Assembly: GCA_025558095.1 (NCBI GenBank)
Contig: JAIVFI010000013.1
Coordinates: forward strand, 1 to 64,000
DNA: 64,000 bases
Reading direction: 5' to 3'
Source: Hyaloraphidium curvatum SAG 235-1
Lineage: Eukaryota > Fungi > Monoblepharomycota
Shown: piece by piece, positions 1-12,347 of the stretch
How positions within the stretch are numbered: the stretch's first letter is position 1
Layout: each line of letters starts with the position of its first letter
Notes under the pieces: generated by a model
What the model saw: only the letters and a program-made list of their open reading frames with translations
Databases searched by the model: none
What the model was told of the DNA's origin: nothing
Program-made: the position numbers and the translations under genes

Positions 1-308
1 GGGAAGGGGGAGGGCCAGCCGTGCGCGGCGAGCGGGCCCGAGTGCGCGTCGGGATGCTGCTATCGGGCTGCGTGCGCTCCAAGGAGCGTGTGCTTTGGCG
101 GGTGACGGGGCGGGTGACGGGGCAGGTGACGAGGCGGAAAGTAACACAAAGGGCTGCGTCGAGCGATCTATATCAAGGGCGGGCTCGGTCAATCTATATC
201 ATACGATCTATAAAATAATCACTGTGACGGCAAGCGCGATATGCAAAACATATCCGAATAGCGGCACCTCGATCGCGAATCCAATCAGCTGTCTCCGCCG
301 CCGAAACC

Positions 309-1975
309 TCAGTCCGTCCCCGCCAGCTCCTCGTCCAGCAACCGGTCCGTCACCCCCTTGCCGAGGTTGACCCTGTTGAGCTGCTTGAGCGGCTCGGTCC
401 TGTTGAGCGCGAGCGAGTACCCTTCGCACGTCTCGAGCCACGTCTGCGGTCTGCCGGTAAGCCCCTCGCCCTCCACCGCCCCCGCGCGCGGGACCCACCT
501 GGAACCCGAACTCGACGCCGAAATCCCTGCATGTTTTCTCCAGCACGGGGTACAGCAGCGGGAGGTACCCGTGGTCCACGGTCGGCAGCAGGTGGTGCAG
601 GGTGTGGTCGCCAAAGGTGCAGAGCGAGAGCACGTGCGACCCGCGGACCTCGGCGCGGTCGGTGGTGGCTTCGAGGTGGTACAGGCCGAAGTCTGCCCGG
701 GGGTTAGGCGGGTCAGTTTCCCGGGCGGAAGGCGGCGGTGGGGAAGGAGGCTACCGGTCGGCATGTCGGGGTCGCCCTGGTGCCACGGGCCCTTTTCCGC
801 GCTGGGGCTGTTGTGCGACGTCGTGCTGGCGACGCCGAGAAGGGAGAAGCTCGACGCGGCGTGCATGAGCAGCCACCTCCACAGCGCTCCCTTGAACGAC
901 CCCGAGACGAGGTAGAGGAACGCTAGGGAGGAGTACCCGAGGAGGTCGGTCCTCCTGAAGGCCGGCCCGACCTGGCGCGCGGTGTCGCGGGCGCCGCGGG
1001 AGAGCAGAGCGAGGGGGCGGGTGACGAGGACGGCGGGGGTGACGAGGGCAAAGAAGGGGAGGAGGCGCCAGAAGGAGGTGAAGTGCTTGCCGGGCTCGCG
1101 CTTGGAGGAGGGCAGGAGGGGCGAGCCCGGTTCGGCTGGTTGGTGGGGAATGGGTGAGGGCATCGGAGAGGGCCGGGTAGGGATCGACGTACAGGCGTGG
1201 GTCTCGGGGTCCCACCACGAGTTGACGTAGAGGTGGTGGCCGAGGGCGTGGGTCTGCCGGCCAAAGACGTAGGAGGAGCCCGCGAGGTCACCGAGGTACA
1301 TCCGCCAGTTATCGCGCTGGTGGTAGTCTGCGACATTGCGTCATCAGCCGGCCGCAGTTGCCGGAACGGAGAGGACTCACAATTGTGGCCGATGATTGCC
1401 ATGAGGCCGAGGACGACGCCCGACGCAACGGAGCTCGCCGCAGCCGCAAGCCCCTTGGATCGCCCCGCAACGGCCATGCCCAGCAACCAAGCCGCCATGA
1501 ACGAGTCCGCGATCCTGTTGCTCCGCCTCTTGGGCCCGTCGCCGGCGGCCTTGATTACCGGCAGCGCCCGGCGGCGAAACACGGAGAAGAAACCCCGGGG
1601 GTGAAAAGTGAGGGGGGACACGCGGGGCTTGGTGGCCGGGCCGAGCTTGTACTTGTCCAGCAGCGCGCGGGCCTTCTTGATGTCGGGGTGGGCGACCTCG
1701 AACGCTTCGGTGATGTCGGTGCCGCGCGTCTGCAGGATCCAGAAGGCGCCGCCGGGGTGCTTCTCCGCAAAGGCCTCCAAGTCGTAGACGTCGCCGTGGA
1801 TCCGCCACGCCGGGCGGCCGTCCCACTCGACGGCGTCGTCCTTCCGCTTGTTGGCGAACCACTCCTCGGGCGACACCCAGCGGTGGTCTCGCCCGCTCAT
1901 GGGCCCGAACGTGCGCGGCGGCGCGAGGTCGCCCGTGTGCGAGAGCGCCTCGTCGACGAGCTCGCCGAAACCCAT
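309..1975 (-). CDS. Cytochrome b5-fused fatty acid desaturase-like protein (Cyt-b5-related type), spliced
   Basis: HPGG heme motif (EKHPGG...DITEAF). His boxes HNYYH (formed across intron 1380-1328), HALGHH and HTLHH. Further introns near 754-692 and 498-451. Confidence 0.85.
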
Positions 1976-2225
1976 CGCGGTCCGGCCGAAGGGGGTTTGG
2001 AGGGTCGATGTCAAACCATTGGCCGGCCGAGGCGCCTGACCTTGTTTACCCGGCATCCGCCCCTTCGCTCGGATCTTCGAAGCGATGACAAGCAATAAGC
2101 CTTCTCCCAGTTGTTTATTCATATGCGCTGTATCCGCACTCTCTCTCTGGCACGGGATCGCTGCCCGCACCGATCACCCGTTCCCTCTCCCTCCCTCCCG
2201 CACCGCTCTCTCCCGATCCGAACGA

Positions 2226-4538
2226 TCACTTGGTCGCCGCGGCAGCGGCATCCGCGACGGCTCCGACCGCAGCGCTCCCGGCATCGGCGACCGCCTGGCC
2301 GGCATCGGCGACGGCCTGCCCCGTGCCGGCCGCGGCGGACTGCACCGCGGCCGTGGCGTCGCCGGCCACCTGGCCCGCGGTGGCGGCGGCATCGGAGGCG
2401 ACCTGCGACACGGCAGCCGTGGCATCGGAAGCGGCTTGCCCGTCGGCGGCGGCGGCATCGCCGGCGACCTGGCCCGCGGCGGCCGTCGCATCCGCGGCGA
2501 CGGATCCGGCGGCATCCGCGGTCGCCTGCACGGCCTCTCCCACGCTGGCGGTGGCGGATTGCGCTACAACGTAAACCCGTCAGCCGATCCATCGCACGCG
2601 CACGGAGCAAGGCACGTACCGGCATCGACGACGCCGCCCGCGGCGCTCGTCACATCCGCGGCCGCGGTCTCGATCACTTGGCTCGCCGGGGCGGGGGCCA
2701 CGGGGGCGGTCAGCGTCGGAGGGGGGCCGGGAGGGGGGGTGTAGGTCTTCGGGGCCGCAGCGGGGGCCGGGGCGGGCGCCGGAGCGGGAGGCGCGGCAAC
2801 GGGCTCAGGGGCCGCGACCGGAGGAGGGGCCACGACGGGAGGAGGCGCGGCAACGGGAGCGGGGGCCTGAACCGGAGGGGGCGCCGCGACGGGAGCCGGA
2901 GCCGGCGCCGGAACGGGCGCAGGAGCCTGAGCGGCAACCGGAGGAGGCCCGGGGGGAGGCGCGAAGGTGCCGGCCGGGGGCGGCCCGGGGGGAGGCGCGA
3001 ACGCGGCCGCCGCAACCGGGACGGCAGCAACCGGCGGAGGAGCAGCAACCGGGGGCGGAGCTGCAACCGGGGGCGGCGCCGCGTAGGCGGCCGGCGGGGG
3101 CGCGGCCTGCGGCATCACGGGCGCCGTCTCGATCTGCGCGGTCCTGGGGTCGTCCTGCACCGGGCGATGTCAGCAAATCACGTGCAGGGAGCAACCTAGA
3201 GGTGAACGCACCCAGGTGATGAGGGGAGGCTGGCGCCTCTCGTCGATGAAAAAGTACCGGCCCCTGTGCACCGGGTAGCGATCAGTCCCCATCCCACACA
3301 AACCGACCCGCCGCGGCACTCACGAAGGAGGGTCCAGCTGCATCTTCCACCCGGCGGGCAGCGCCACCGGGGCCGGCGCGGCCTGCATCGCGTTCCCCGC
3401 CATCGCCGTCGCCGCGCCCGCCGCCACGCTCCCCGTGGCCATCGTCACGCCCACCGCCGCCGCCGTCGGGTTGGCTGCGACGGCGCCGACGGTGGCCTCG
3501 TTGGCTGCCTGCTCCATCTGGCTGGCGCGGGCCATCTGGTCCACGCAGCAGGCGATGCAGAGGATGAGCCAGTCCTCGTAGGGCATGCCGCCCTCGATGT
3601 CGATCGTGTCTTCCCGCACCGCAGTCAGCACCGCGCTCCCCTTACAGCAATGCAAGGAGGAGACCCACAGATGTCCGTCAGCGCGATCCACTTCTTGCTG
3701 ATCTCGGCGACTGGGCGGTTGGTGCGCTCCTGCACGATGCGGTACTCGTGCGCGAGGATGTTGCCCTTGACCTCGAGGCCGGGCTTGCCGGCCACGTCGA
3801 CCTTGTACTCTGCGCGCGAGCGGGGCGGGCGGTTCGGTCGGCGCACGGAACGGCCGCGCGAGGGATGGGACCCACCGTCGCGGATGACGTTGATCAGGTC
3901 CTTCTTGACCACCGCGAACGGGGGCCCGCGGCCGCCGATCCGTTCTACCTCCATGGCCTGGCTGCTCGCCCGGACGCATCAGAAGGCCGCCCGCGGGCCG
4001 AATCGGGGCAACCCACCGGACGGTCACGATCTTGGCCTGAAGCTGGCACAGGCCCACGCCCTGGGGAGTCTCCATGATGATCTTGTTGGTGACGGTGATG
4101 GCCTTGCCGTCCATCTGCGGGTGCGGGGCGCGGAGGGATGGCGGAGAGGGCGGGGCCGCGGAGAGGCGGGAGGACGGGGTCAATCGGGTTCGGCCACCCC
4201 CAGCCGATGACGGCGCACCTTGTACGCGCGCCTACCGCGCTGCGTTTCGATCCAGAAGTCGCCGCTGCGCCGGGAACGCGGTCAACGCCGTGCCCCGCTT
4301 CCGGCACCGGACGCGCCCCGGACGGCGGTGCCCACCCGATCGAGATGATGTTCTCCCGCATCTGCGCGCACCACACGTCTCAGCGAATGCCCGGCTGCTG
4401 CCGTGCGGCCGGGAAGCCCACCTTGTACCGCGAATCCTGCTGGTCGGCGACGCCGCCCCCCCGGCCGCCGCGCGGCCCGTCGTCGCCGCCGCCCCGCCCG
4501 CCGCGGATGCCCGGTCCATCGCCGCCCCCGCGCCTCAT
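2226..4538 (-). CDS. LURP-one/Tubby C2 (scramblase-like) domain + WW domain + Pro/Ala-rich tail, multi-exon
   Basis: Spliced exons read RYK-MRENIISIG-GDFWIETQRGRRAYK-MDGKA...KGNILAHEY...VAEISKKW...LILCIACCVD, then WW LPAGWKMQLDPPS-GRYFFIDERRQPPLITW-DDPR, then PPPGPPP and QAVADA-type repeats. Confidence 0.8.
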
Positions 4539-4826
4539 CGTTCTCGCTGCTTGTCGGGGTCTGACGGGGTTCGGACGGGATTGGGAAAGGTGGCCGGGGA
4601 CCCTGGAGAGTCGGATGGCAGACCCTGGCCGAGGGGAGGAGAAGTCCCTTGGTCTCCCGCCGTTCCGACAAACCGGACGGCCGCCGCTTTTGCCCGCGCG
4701 AATCCTGCTTCCGAAAGCTCGGAACTTCCTCTCCGGACACTTGTTTCACCGAGGCCCACCCTCTTTCGCCGCACCGCCCCCGCCACCCCCCGCCCAACAC
4801 CCCACCCCGGCCCCGCCCTGCCGAAA

Positions 4827-5468
4827 ATGCCCCCCACCCTGTACGGCGTCTTCCGGTCGCGCGCCTCCCGCCCCCTCTGGCTGCTCCTCGAATCCTCGGC
4901 CCCCTTCGAGCACGTCCCGGTCATCCAGTCCTACCGCCTCCCCGGCGCCGCCATCCCCGGCGCCCTCTCCACCGACTCGCCAGAGTACCTGGCGGTGAAC
5001 CCGCAGGGCCAGATCCCGGCACTCAAGGACGGCAGCCTCGTGCTGACCGAGAGCCTGGGGATCGTGCTGCACCTCGCGAGGCGGTACGGCGGCGCCCTCG
5101 GGCCCAAGGACGGGGACGAGCAGAGCCTGATGGAGATGTGGGCGCTCTGGGCCGCCACGTCGGTCGAGGATCCGGCGCTGGCGATCATGACCGCGCCCGC
5201 GGGGGCCGAGGGCGACAAGCTCCGCGAAGCGGCGGCCGCCAAGCTCCGCAGGCCGCTCAAGCGGCTCGAGGGCCACCTCGCCGGCCGGGAGTGGATGCTC
5301 GACAGGTTCACGGCGGCCGACATCGCGGTGGAGGAGTGCGTGAGGTACGCGCAGGGGCATCCCACGCTGCTGGGGGAGTTCCCGGCGGTCAAGGCGTGGG
5401 TGGACCGCTGCCAAGCAAGGCCGGCGTGGAAGAAGATGTGGGAGGGGAGGATGGCGGAACCTGCTTGA
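4827..5468 (+). CDS. Glutathione S-transferase, intronless, bacterial-like
   Basis: TLYGVFRSRASR N-terminus, VNPQGQIP, LTESLGI, FTAADI, WVDRCQARPAW. Confidence 0.92.
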   Translation: MPPTLYGVFRSRASRPLWLLLESSAPFEHVPVIQSYRLPGAAIPGALSTDSPEYLAVNPQGQIPALKDGSLVLTESLGIVLHLARRYGGALGPKDGDEQSLMEMWALWAATSVEDPALAIMTAPAGAEGDKLREAAAAKLRRPLKRLEGHLAGREWMLDRFTAADIAVEECVRYAQGHPTLLGEFPAVKAWVDRCQARPAWKKMWEGRMAEPA

Positions 5469-5647
5469 TCGCGGGAGAGTAGAAGTTATCGGCCGGGAGG
5501 CGGCCCACCGCACGGGATGAAGATCCCCTGCGAACGAGAAGTCGACATCGTGGCCGTCGAGAGCGTGGGGTTTCAAGTCGTCTGGCCACCAGGACGGCGG
5601 GCCCTGAAATCCCTTGCGGACCCTCCCGCCGCACACGCAATCTCGCG

Positions 5648-6193
5648 ATGTCTGCCCCGTCCGCCGCCGGCCTCGAGGAGGGCTCGATGGCCACGCCTCT
5701 GTTGAACAGGCCGCGTGGGTCGCCCGCGCCGGCCGCCCCGATGCCGCTGACCGCCCGCGCTCGCCCCTCCCGGCCCCTCTGCCGCGCCTCCGCCGACCGT
5801 GCGGACGGCCGCCAACCGTGCGGACGCGCCGCAGAGGCCCCGCCGCCCGCCGCGACCTCCGCCTACGCGTGGCTGACGCACTTCGGCACCGCCGTCCTCA
5901 TGGGCCTCCTCACCGCATTCGCGCTCAAGCTCTTCGGCCCCCCGCTGGCGACCGCCGCCGTCCTCCTCGCCATCCTCGTCCTGGTCCTCGCATACTACGG
6001 ATACGTCAAGGTCAACCTCTCGACGATCAGGACCGCCGCCACCAGCATTGTCGACAGCGACGGGGACGGGACCATCGGGACGGGGGACGTCAAGGCGTGG
6101 GGCGCGAGGGCGTGGAGCCTGGTGGTCGGGTTCGGGGCAACGGCGGTGGCGGGCTTCGTGCTGGGGTTCTGGATGGGCGTGTCGGTGCTCTGA
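5648..6193 (+). CDS. FUN14-family membrane protein (start may be 5687)
   Basis: Hydrophobic segments, LAYYGYVKVN motif, C-terminal AGFVLGFWMG, and a DSDGDG loop. Confidence 0.65.
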   Translation: MSAPSAAGLEEGSMATPLLNRPRGSPAPAAPMPLTARARPSRPLCRASADRADGRQPCGRAAEAPPPAATSAYAWLTHFGTAVLMGLLTAFALKLFGPPLATAAVLLAILVLVLAYYGYVKVNLSTIRTAATSIVDSDGDGTIGTGDVKAWGARAWSLVVGFGATAVAGFVLGFWMGVSVL

Positions 6194-7582
6194 AGATGGG
6201 GAGGGAGGGGGGAATCTGCGGATTACGGGGGCATTGCTGGGTTCTGCATCTCTATGGACACCGTCGCCGTCTTCGCCTCGTTCCTGCCTGGGCCGCCTCC
6301 TTGTTGATTCCGGACACCATCCGGTGCCCCGGTCGCCTCGAGCGACGTCGGCCATGGCTCCGCGCCTGCTCCCGGGGTCCCCAATCGATCCTCGGTGCCT
6401 GCTCGGATCCGGACGCGACGGAACCTGCTGCACCAAGATCCGCCCGCCTCCCACCCCGCCCGGCGCGGCGGAAGGCGGCACGGATGTTGGCCGGCGGTCC
6501 CGTCCTGCGGTCGGCGTGGGTGGTGATTGGCCGTGGTCAGGAACCGGCCGTCCCGGGATCGCCGTGGGCGGAGCTGCGACGTCGAGCTGGACTGCCTTTC
6601 CTCCGTTCGGCCATTTTCGGCCGGCTGGTCCGTCAACGTCGGTCGCGCGCGTCGGGTGAATCGACGGCGAGTCGGTGCGTCGACGAGTCGACGCGGTCGC
6701 GAGCATCCAGCAAAGTCCGCACACAGTGCACCGCCTCCACTCAGATAACAGGGTAAGGCGGATTGCCCGAACTGCAGTGTAAGAGCGCACCAGTCGGTCC
6801 CGGCCTGAAGATTGCTCCTGCCCCCGGGAAAAGATCACCACTCTTTCGTCCTTCCGTGCCACCGTGGGCGGCCCCATCCGCTCGGAGGGAGGCGGTACCG
6901 ACCGCCGCACGAAGCATCCGACCCGCGGCGCGGAAACGGAACGCTTTCCTGCTCGTCCCCCATCCAACCCGCACTCCCCGCGAAGCCCCCATCCCCCCTC
7001 CTCTCCATCCTCCGCTTCCCCGACCCCGACAGCCCGACAGCACAGCGCCAAGCCCCCCCACCAGCCGCTGCGCAAGCCCTCCGAAGCCCGGGGCACTTCG
7101 CGTCATTGGGATCACTCACTCGCCACGGATCGGACCGCCGGTCGGGAGGCTGGTTGTCCCGAAAAAAGGCCGGCGGCTCGGGTTGCCAACGCCAAACATA
7201 ACACGCCGTAGACGTCGGAGAGAGACTGCCGTGGATGCGCAGCGTGCGGGCCGGGCGCTGCGCCGCGCGCTGCCGATCGCGGGGGCCAGTGACCCATCCG
7301 ATCGAGGTCCCTCCTGTACAGCCCCATGACGTACCCGACGCTCGGCCATCGCCGGCCAATTTCCTCCTCCATCGAGCGGCTGGATGGAGGTCGGACCCAT
7401 CTTGCCGGAAGGCTCCGAGACCGGGCCGCCCCGCCCGATGTCGAGGAAGTGGGCGGAAGGCGGGTCGATCCCGGTCGGGGCTTGACCGGAGCGGCCGCAC
7501 CCTCAAAGCCGCGGGGATAATCCCGGCACCAAACGAGCCGCCGGGCCCTCCAAAATCCGACAGACGAAAACGCTGACGAACG

Positions 7583-8066
7583 ATGGGACATGCCACGGAA
7601 ACGCAGTCCCCGCGCGCCATGTACAGGACCGTGCGGAGCCTCGGCAGCGGCGGCCAGGCGCGGGTGAAGCTCGTCGCCGACGCCGCGGGCGCTCTGCGCG
7701 CCATGAAGCGCTACTCGTCCCCGGAAGCCGCGAGGCGCGAATGCTGCGCGCTGAGGAAGCTCGGGAGGTTTCCGGGGGTCGTGGCGCTGGTCGAGGTGGG
7801 TGCCGTTGCGGGGCGGCCGGGGTCGGGCGTGGCTAAAATCGGCATGCAGGACTTTGAAATCGGCAACCGGCACTATGTGGTGCTCGAATATGCCGCCGGC
7901 GGCGTGGGTTCCTCGCTGACTTTCGAGACACGATGCCTGACTCCCGGGCCGGTGCGCAGGACCTCGACCACCTCCTCTCCTTCGGCCCCCTGGCACCCAA
8001 GGCCGCCCGCACCGCGACCTTCTCCCTCCTCACCACCCTCGCCTTCCTCCACGGCAACGGCGTCGC

Positions 8067-8100
<34 letters not shown>

Positions 8101-8634
8101 CGCGTGCCCGGGGACCTGGGCTCGCTGTGCCTGGCCGACTTCGGGTCGGCGTTCACGGAGGACGGGCCGCACGTGGGGGTCAGGAGGCCGTCCTTGAGGG
8201 AGATGACCACCCTGGCGGGGACGCCGCTGTACCTTGCCCCCGAGATACTAAGGGGGCTGCCGTACGGCCCCCCCGCGGACCTCTGGGCTTTGGGATGCCT
8301 GGTCTACTCAATGCTCGCAGGCGTACCGCCCTTCCACAGCATCACCGAGGTCTTCCGCTACACGGGGGAACTGGACTGGCCCGCTGGGCTGCCCGAGGAC
8401 GCGAGGCGGTTCGTCCGCTCCCTGCTTGAACCCGACCCCGCCCTGCGCGCGACGGCCGTGCAGGGCCTTTTGCACCCGTGGATCCTCGGCCGCGGGCGGC
8501 CGTGCGACGACGGGGAGGGCTATCCGGTGAAGCTGGACGAGCAGGGAGGCTTGACGCTGGACGTGCCCGCCGATGAGGATCCGTTCCTGCGGCCAGGGGA
8601 CTGCGAACGGGACAGCGGGTACGTCTCGTCGTGA
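7583..8634 (+). CDS. CAMK-like Ser/Thr kinase, copy 1 (2 introns)
   Basis: LGSGGQARV, AMK, HRDLKPAN, DFG, GTPLYLAPE, DLWALG; ends ERDSGYVSS. Confidence 0.9.
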
Positions 8635-9289
8635 GGAAGGGACGAGTAGGGCCGGGCTAGATCATGTAGCGGTGGAGAGACTTTAAAAAGGGGCTCTGCA
8701 TACCGTTGAATATGCGGCCCGGCTGGCCGGTCGATGGACCAGGGTCACCGCACCCGTCCAACTCATTTGCGCAGGACATGTTGCGCCCTTCTACTGTATT
8801 GTACGCATTGTGCCAACTGGCGTCAACCCTCATGTTGGCTTGGAAGCACCTGCGGGCGAGTTTTCGTTCCTCGCCAACAGGCCCGACGTGTCGACTTTTG
8901 CATCCGCTCCGCAACGGCACTACGGGCGAACCAAATCCAGCGATTCAAAGCTCGGGGGAGAGGACAGGTGCGTTCGAAGCCCGTGCTCTCCAGATGCTCA
9001 GGTGCACCTCAGCCGCCTTGCATGGGCCGGCCAAGGGACGGCCGCGGAATGACGTCAGCGACAAGGACCTCGCCGTCCCGGGCGCGTCGAAGCCGGGAAC
9101 TCCCCGAACGTAGGAGGAACGGTTTCCGGCTGGATTTGCCAGTTTGCCGGGCGGATTACGGCGACATCGGCCAGAAGAGAAGTCGGGGCCGTACGAGGGA
9201 CGCAGTGGCGCAAAGCCCCGAATGCCCTTCACTGAAGAGGGGCTCCCGTCAGCGCAGGTCCGCAAACTCCGGAGCACCGCACGCGACCG

Positions 9290-10347
9290 ATGGCCTCTGC
9301 CTCGGACATGCAGTCGCCCCGGGCGCTCTACAGGCCCCTGCGCAGCCTGGGCAGCGGCGGGCAGGGCCGGGTGAAGCTCGTGGCCGACCCCGCGGGGACG
9401 CTGCGCGCCCTGAAACGATACTCCTCCTCGGAAGCGGCGAGGAGGGAGTGCTGCGCCCTGAGGAAGCTCGGTCGCTTTCCCGGGGTGGTGGCCCTCATCG
9501 AGGTGGGCTTGCTGCGCACCGGCCGGCCGGTCGGTCGGGGCATCCGGCTCACTTCGGCGCCAGGATTTCGAGCTGGGGAACCGCCATTACGTGGTGCTCG
9601 AGTACGCTGCGGGCGGCGTAGGTCCTTCTCCGCAACGGAGGAAGCGTTTGCTGACCCCCGGACGCGCAGGACCTCGACCACCTCCTCGCCGCCGGACCCC
9701 TCCCGCCCGATGCAGCACGCAAGGCCACCTTTTCGCTCCTCACTACCATCGCCTTCATGCATGGCAACGGCGTCGCCCACCGGGATCTCAAACCCGCCAA
9801 CGTGCTGCTCCGCGTGCCGGGCGACCTGGACTCTCTGTGCCTCGCCGACTTCGGCTCGTCGTTCACCGAGGACGCCCCGCACCTCGGCGTGCGGCGCCCG
9901 TCGCTCAAGGAGATGACGACGTTGGCCGGGACTCCCCTGTACCTGGCGCCGGAGATCCTCCGCGGCCAGCCGTACGGCCCCCCCGCGGACCTCTGGGCTT
10001 TGGGATGCCTGGTCTACTCGATGCTCGTGGGCGTGCCGCCCTTCCACAGCATCACCGAGGTCCTGCTCGGCCTCGAACGCAAAATGCTGTGGCCTGCCGG
10101 GGTGCCCGAGGATGCTAGGCGCTTCGTGCTGTCCCTGCTCGAGCCCGACCCGGAGCTCCGTGCAACGGCGGTGCAGGGCCTGCTCGATCCGTGGATCCTG
10201 GGACCTGGGCGGGCGGGCGACGACGGGGGGGGATATCCGGTGAGGCTGGACGAGGCTGGGAGGCTGGCGGTGGACGTGCCGGAGCAGGCGGACCCTGTCC
10301 ACCGCCCGATCGATTGCGAGAGGGACAGCGGGTACGTGTCGTCTTGA
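9290..10347 (+). CDS. CAMK-like Ser/Thr kinase, copy 2 (tandem duplicate of copy 1)
   Basis: Same motifs and intron positions as 7583-8634; ends ERDSGYVSS. Confidence 0.9.
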
Positions 10348-10815
10348 GGATGGGATGTAGCGGCGCAGGCACGTGAAAAAGGCTCGCATGTTGCGAAGGT
10401 GTGCGGTCGGGTTGCGACAGAGTCCGACGTCCAGCGTGCCGCGCTCGCCGCCCGATCCGCTCCGTCTTCGCTCATCGCAAACAATCTGTCGCTTTCCTTA
10501 CCGAGTCACGTCTGCCTGAGACCAGTCTGTTGAGATCTGATCACCCGGAATTCGCATCGGCGCAAGGACGCCCGGCAGCAGTACGGGCGGGATCGCAAAG
10601 CCAATTGAGGACGCAAACCACTGACGCCGCCGGCGGTCGCAGGGGCAACATACGGCCGGCCGGCTTCCGGAAAGCTGGTCTCTGCTGTTCCGGAGCGGAC
10701 GCATGGCGTCCCGCGGCCGTGGGGACCCGCGGTCGGCGTAATCGATTCCCGCCCCGCCGATCCGCAGATTCAGATTAGCCACACCGCCGACGCAATCTCG
10801 CGCCCCCGATCCCGC

Positions 10816-11926
10816 ATGCCGGGGGCCCCCTCCATGGCCGCCTCCCCGCCGTCCCCCCACGCCCCGTCGCCGGGCCGCCTCCGCCGCGCGGCGTACAAGA
10901 ACCTGGCACACCTCGGCGGCGGCTCCGAGGGCACCGTGCGGCTGGTCCGCGACCGCCGGACGGGCGGCCTCCGCGCGCTCAAGAGCTCGCACGACGCGGC
11001 GCGGTGGCGCAGGGAGCGCGATGCGCTCGCCGCCGCGGGATGGCACCCCAACGTGGTGGCGATGGCCGAGGTGGGCCGTCCGAATCCGGAGTCACGTGCG
11101 GGACACGCGGTTGACCCCGATCCAATCCCCGCAGTCTTTTACATGCGGCGGCAAGTACTACATAGCGATGGAGTACTGTGCCGGCGGGGACCTGGAGACG
11201 CACCTGGAGGCCGTCGGCGGGCGGCTGGCAGAGGACGCCGCCCGGCCGCTGTTTGCCGCGCTCGCCCGCGCCCTCGCGTTCCTGCACTCCCGGGGCGTCG
11301 TGCACCGCGACGTCAAGCCGCAGAACGTGCTGCTCAGGGACCCTTCGAAGCTGGAGTCGGCCTGCCTGGCGGATTTCGGATCCGCCTTTGTCGAGGAGCC
11401 GCCGCAGGGCCCCTCGGACGACGCCCTCCCTCTTCCATCGAGCCTCCCCCCTTCCAGCCTCCCCCATCCATCATCCCTTCCCCCCTCCCCCGCCGCCTTC
11501 CCCTCGCCCCCGTCCTCCCTCTCCACCTTTGCCGCGATGCGCACCCTCGCCGGCACGCCGCACTACCTCGCCCCCGAGATCGTCCGCGGCATCCCGTACG
11601 GCCCGCAGGCGGACTGCTGGTCCCTCGGCGTGCTCGCGTACCGCACCCTCGTCGGACAGACGCCCTGGAGCGCCGCCGGCCTGCGCGGCCTCTTCGAACG
11701 GATCGCCGGATCGCACGAGCTCGCGTTCCCGCCCGGTCCCGCCGGGGTTTGGATCGCGGCGCTGATGCGGCCCGAGGCGGGGGAGCGCATGTCGGCGGAG
11801 GACGCGGCGGAACACCACTGGATCGCGGGGGAGGACGGATGGAAGGTCGCCGTGGACGGGGAGGGCGCGCTGGTGCTGGAGGACTTTGCGTTCCCGGGGG
11901 AGGAGGCGGACCTGGGGGATGGGTAG
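10816..11926 (+). CDS. CAMK-like Ser/Thr kinase, copy 3 (1 intron)
   Basis: LGGGSEGTV, ALK, HRDVKPQN, DFG, Pro/Ser insert, GTPHYLAPE. Confidence 0.88.
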
Positions 11927-12347
11927 GTCGGGCCGTGTTCGGCGTGATGCCAAACAGCGGCGCGTTTTCGACCATGCCAAGCCTCCCACGATCGCGGTGG
12001 TCCGACGGATGGTCGGGATCCCGGCAGGACACAAGCCAGCGGGAAGGCGCGGTGCCGCCGGAAGCCGTCCGCGTTTCAGGGAGGGGGCGCTCCGCAGGCG
12101 ATCCGGCGGACACGATAAGTCAACACGGTCGCGCGCCGTCAGCACCACGTGCCGGTGAACCAAGAGGCATCGAGAAGACAGCGAATGGACAACGGGCACA
12201 CATCGCTAGAATTAACAAGAGGCAATCTACGTCGCTAAGCTAACTGACAGTCAAGAAGTGCGAACATTCGGAGTCCGATGCCCCAGCTCCCGCCCAACCA
12301 CGATCATAGCCGGACGCGCCCATCGCCGCGTCACAAGGCACCCAACA

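Noticed and set aside
2226-3160. Repeats as a CRISPR array or satellite
   Set aside because: They are degenerate codon-phase repeats encoding Pro/Ala-rich protein, with no repeat-spacer structure.
6200-7580. ORFs in the larger intergenic gaps (also 19450-20500, 31850-32600, 43000-43750)
   Set aside because: No recognisable domain or consistent exon chain.
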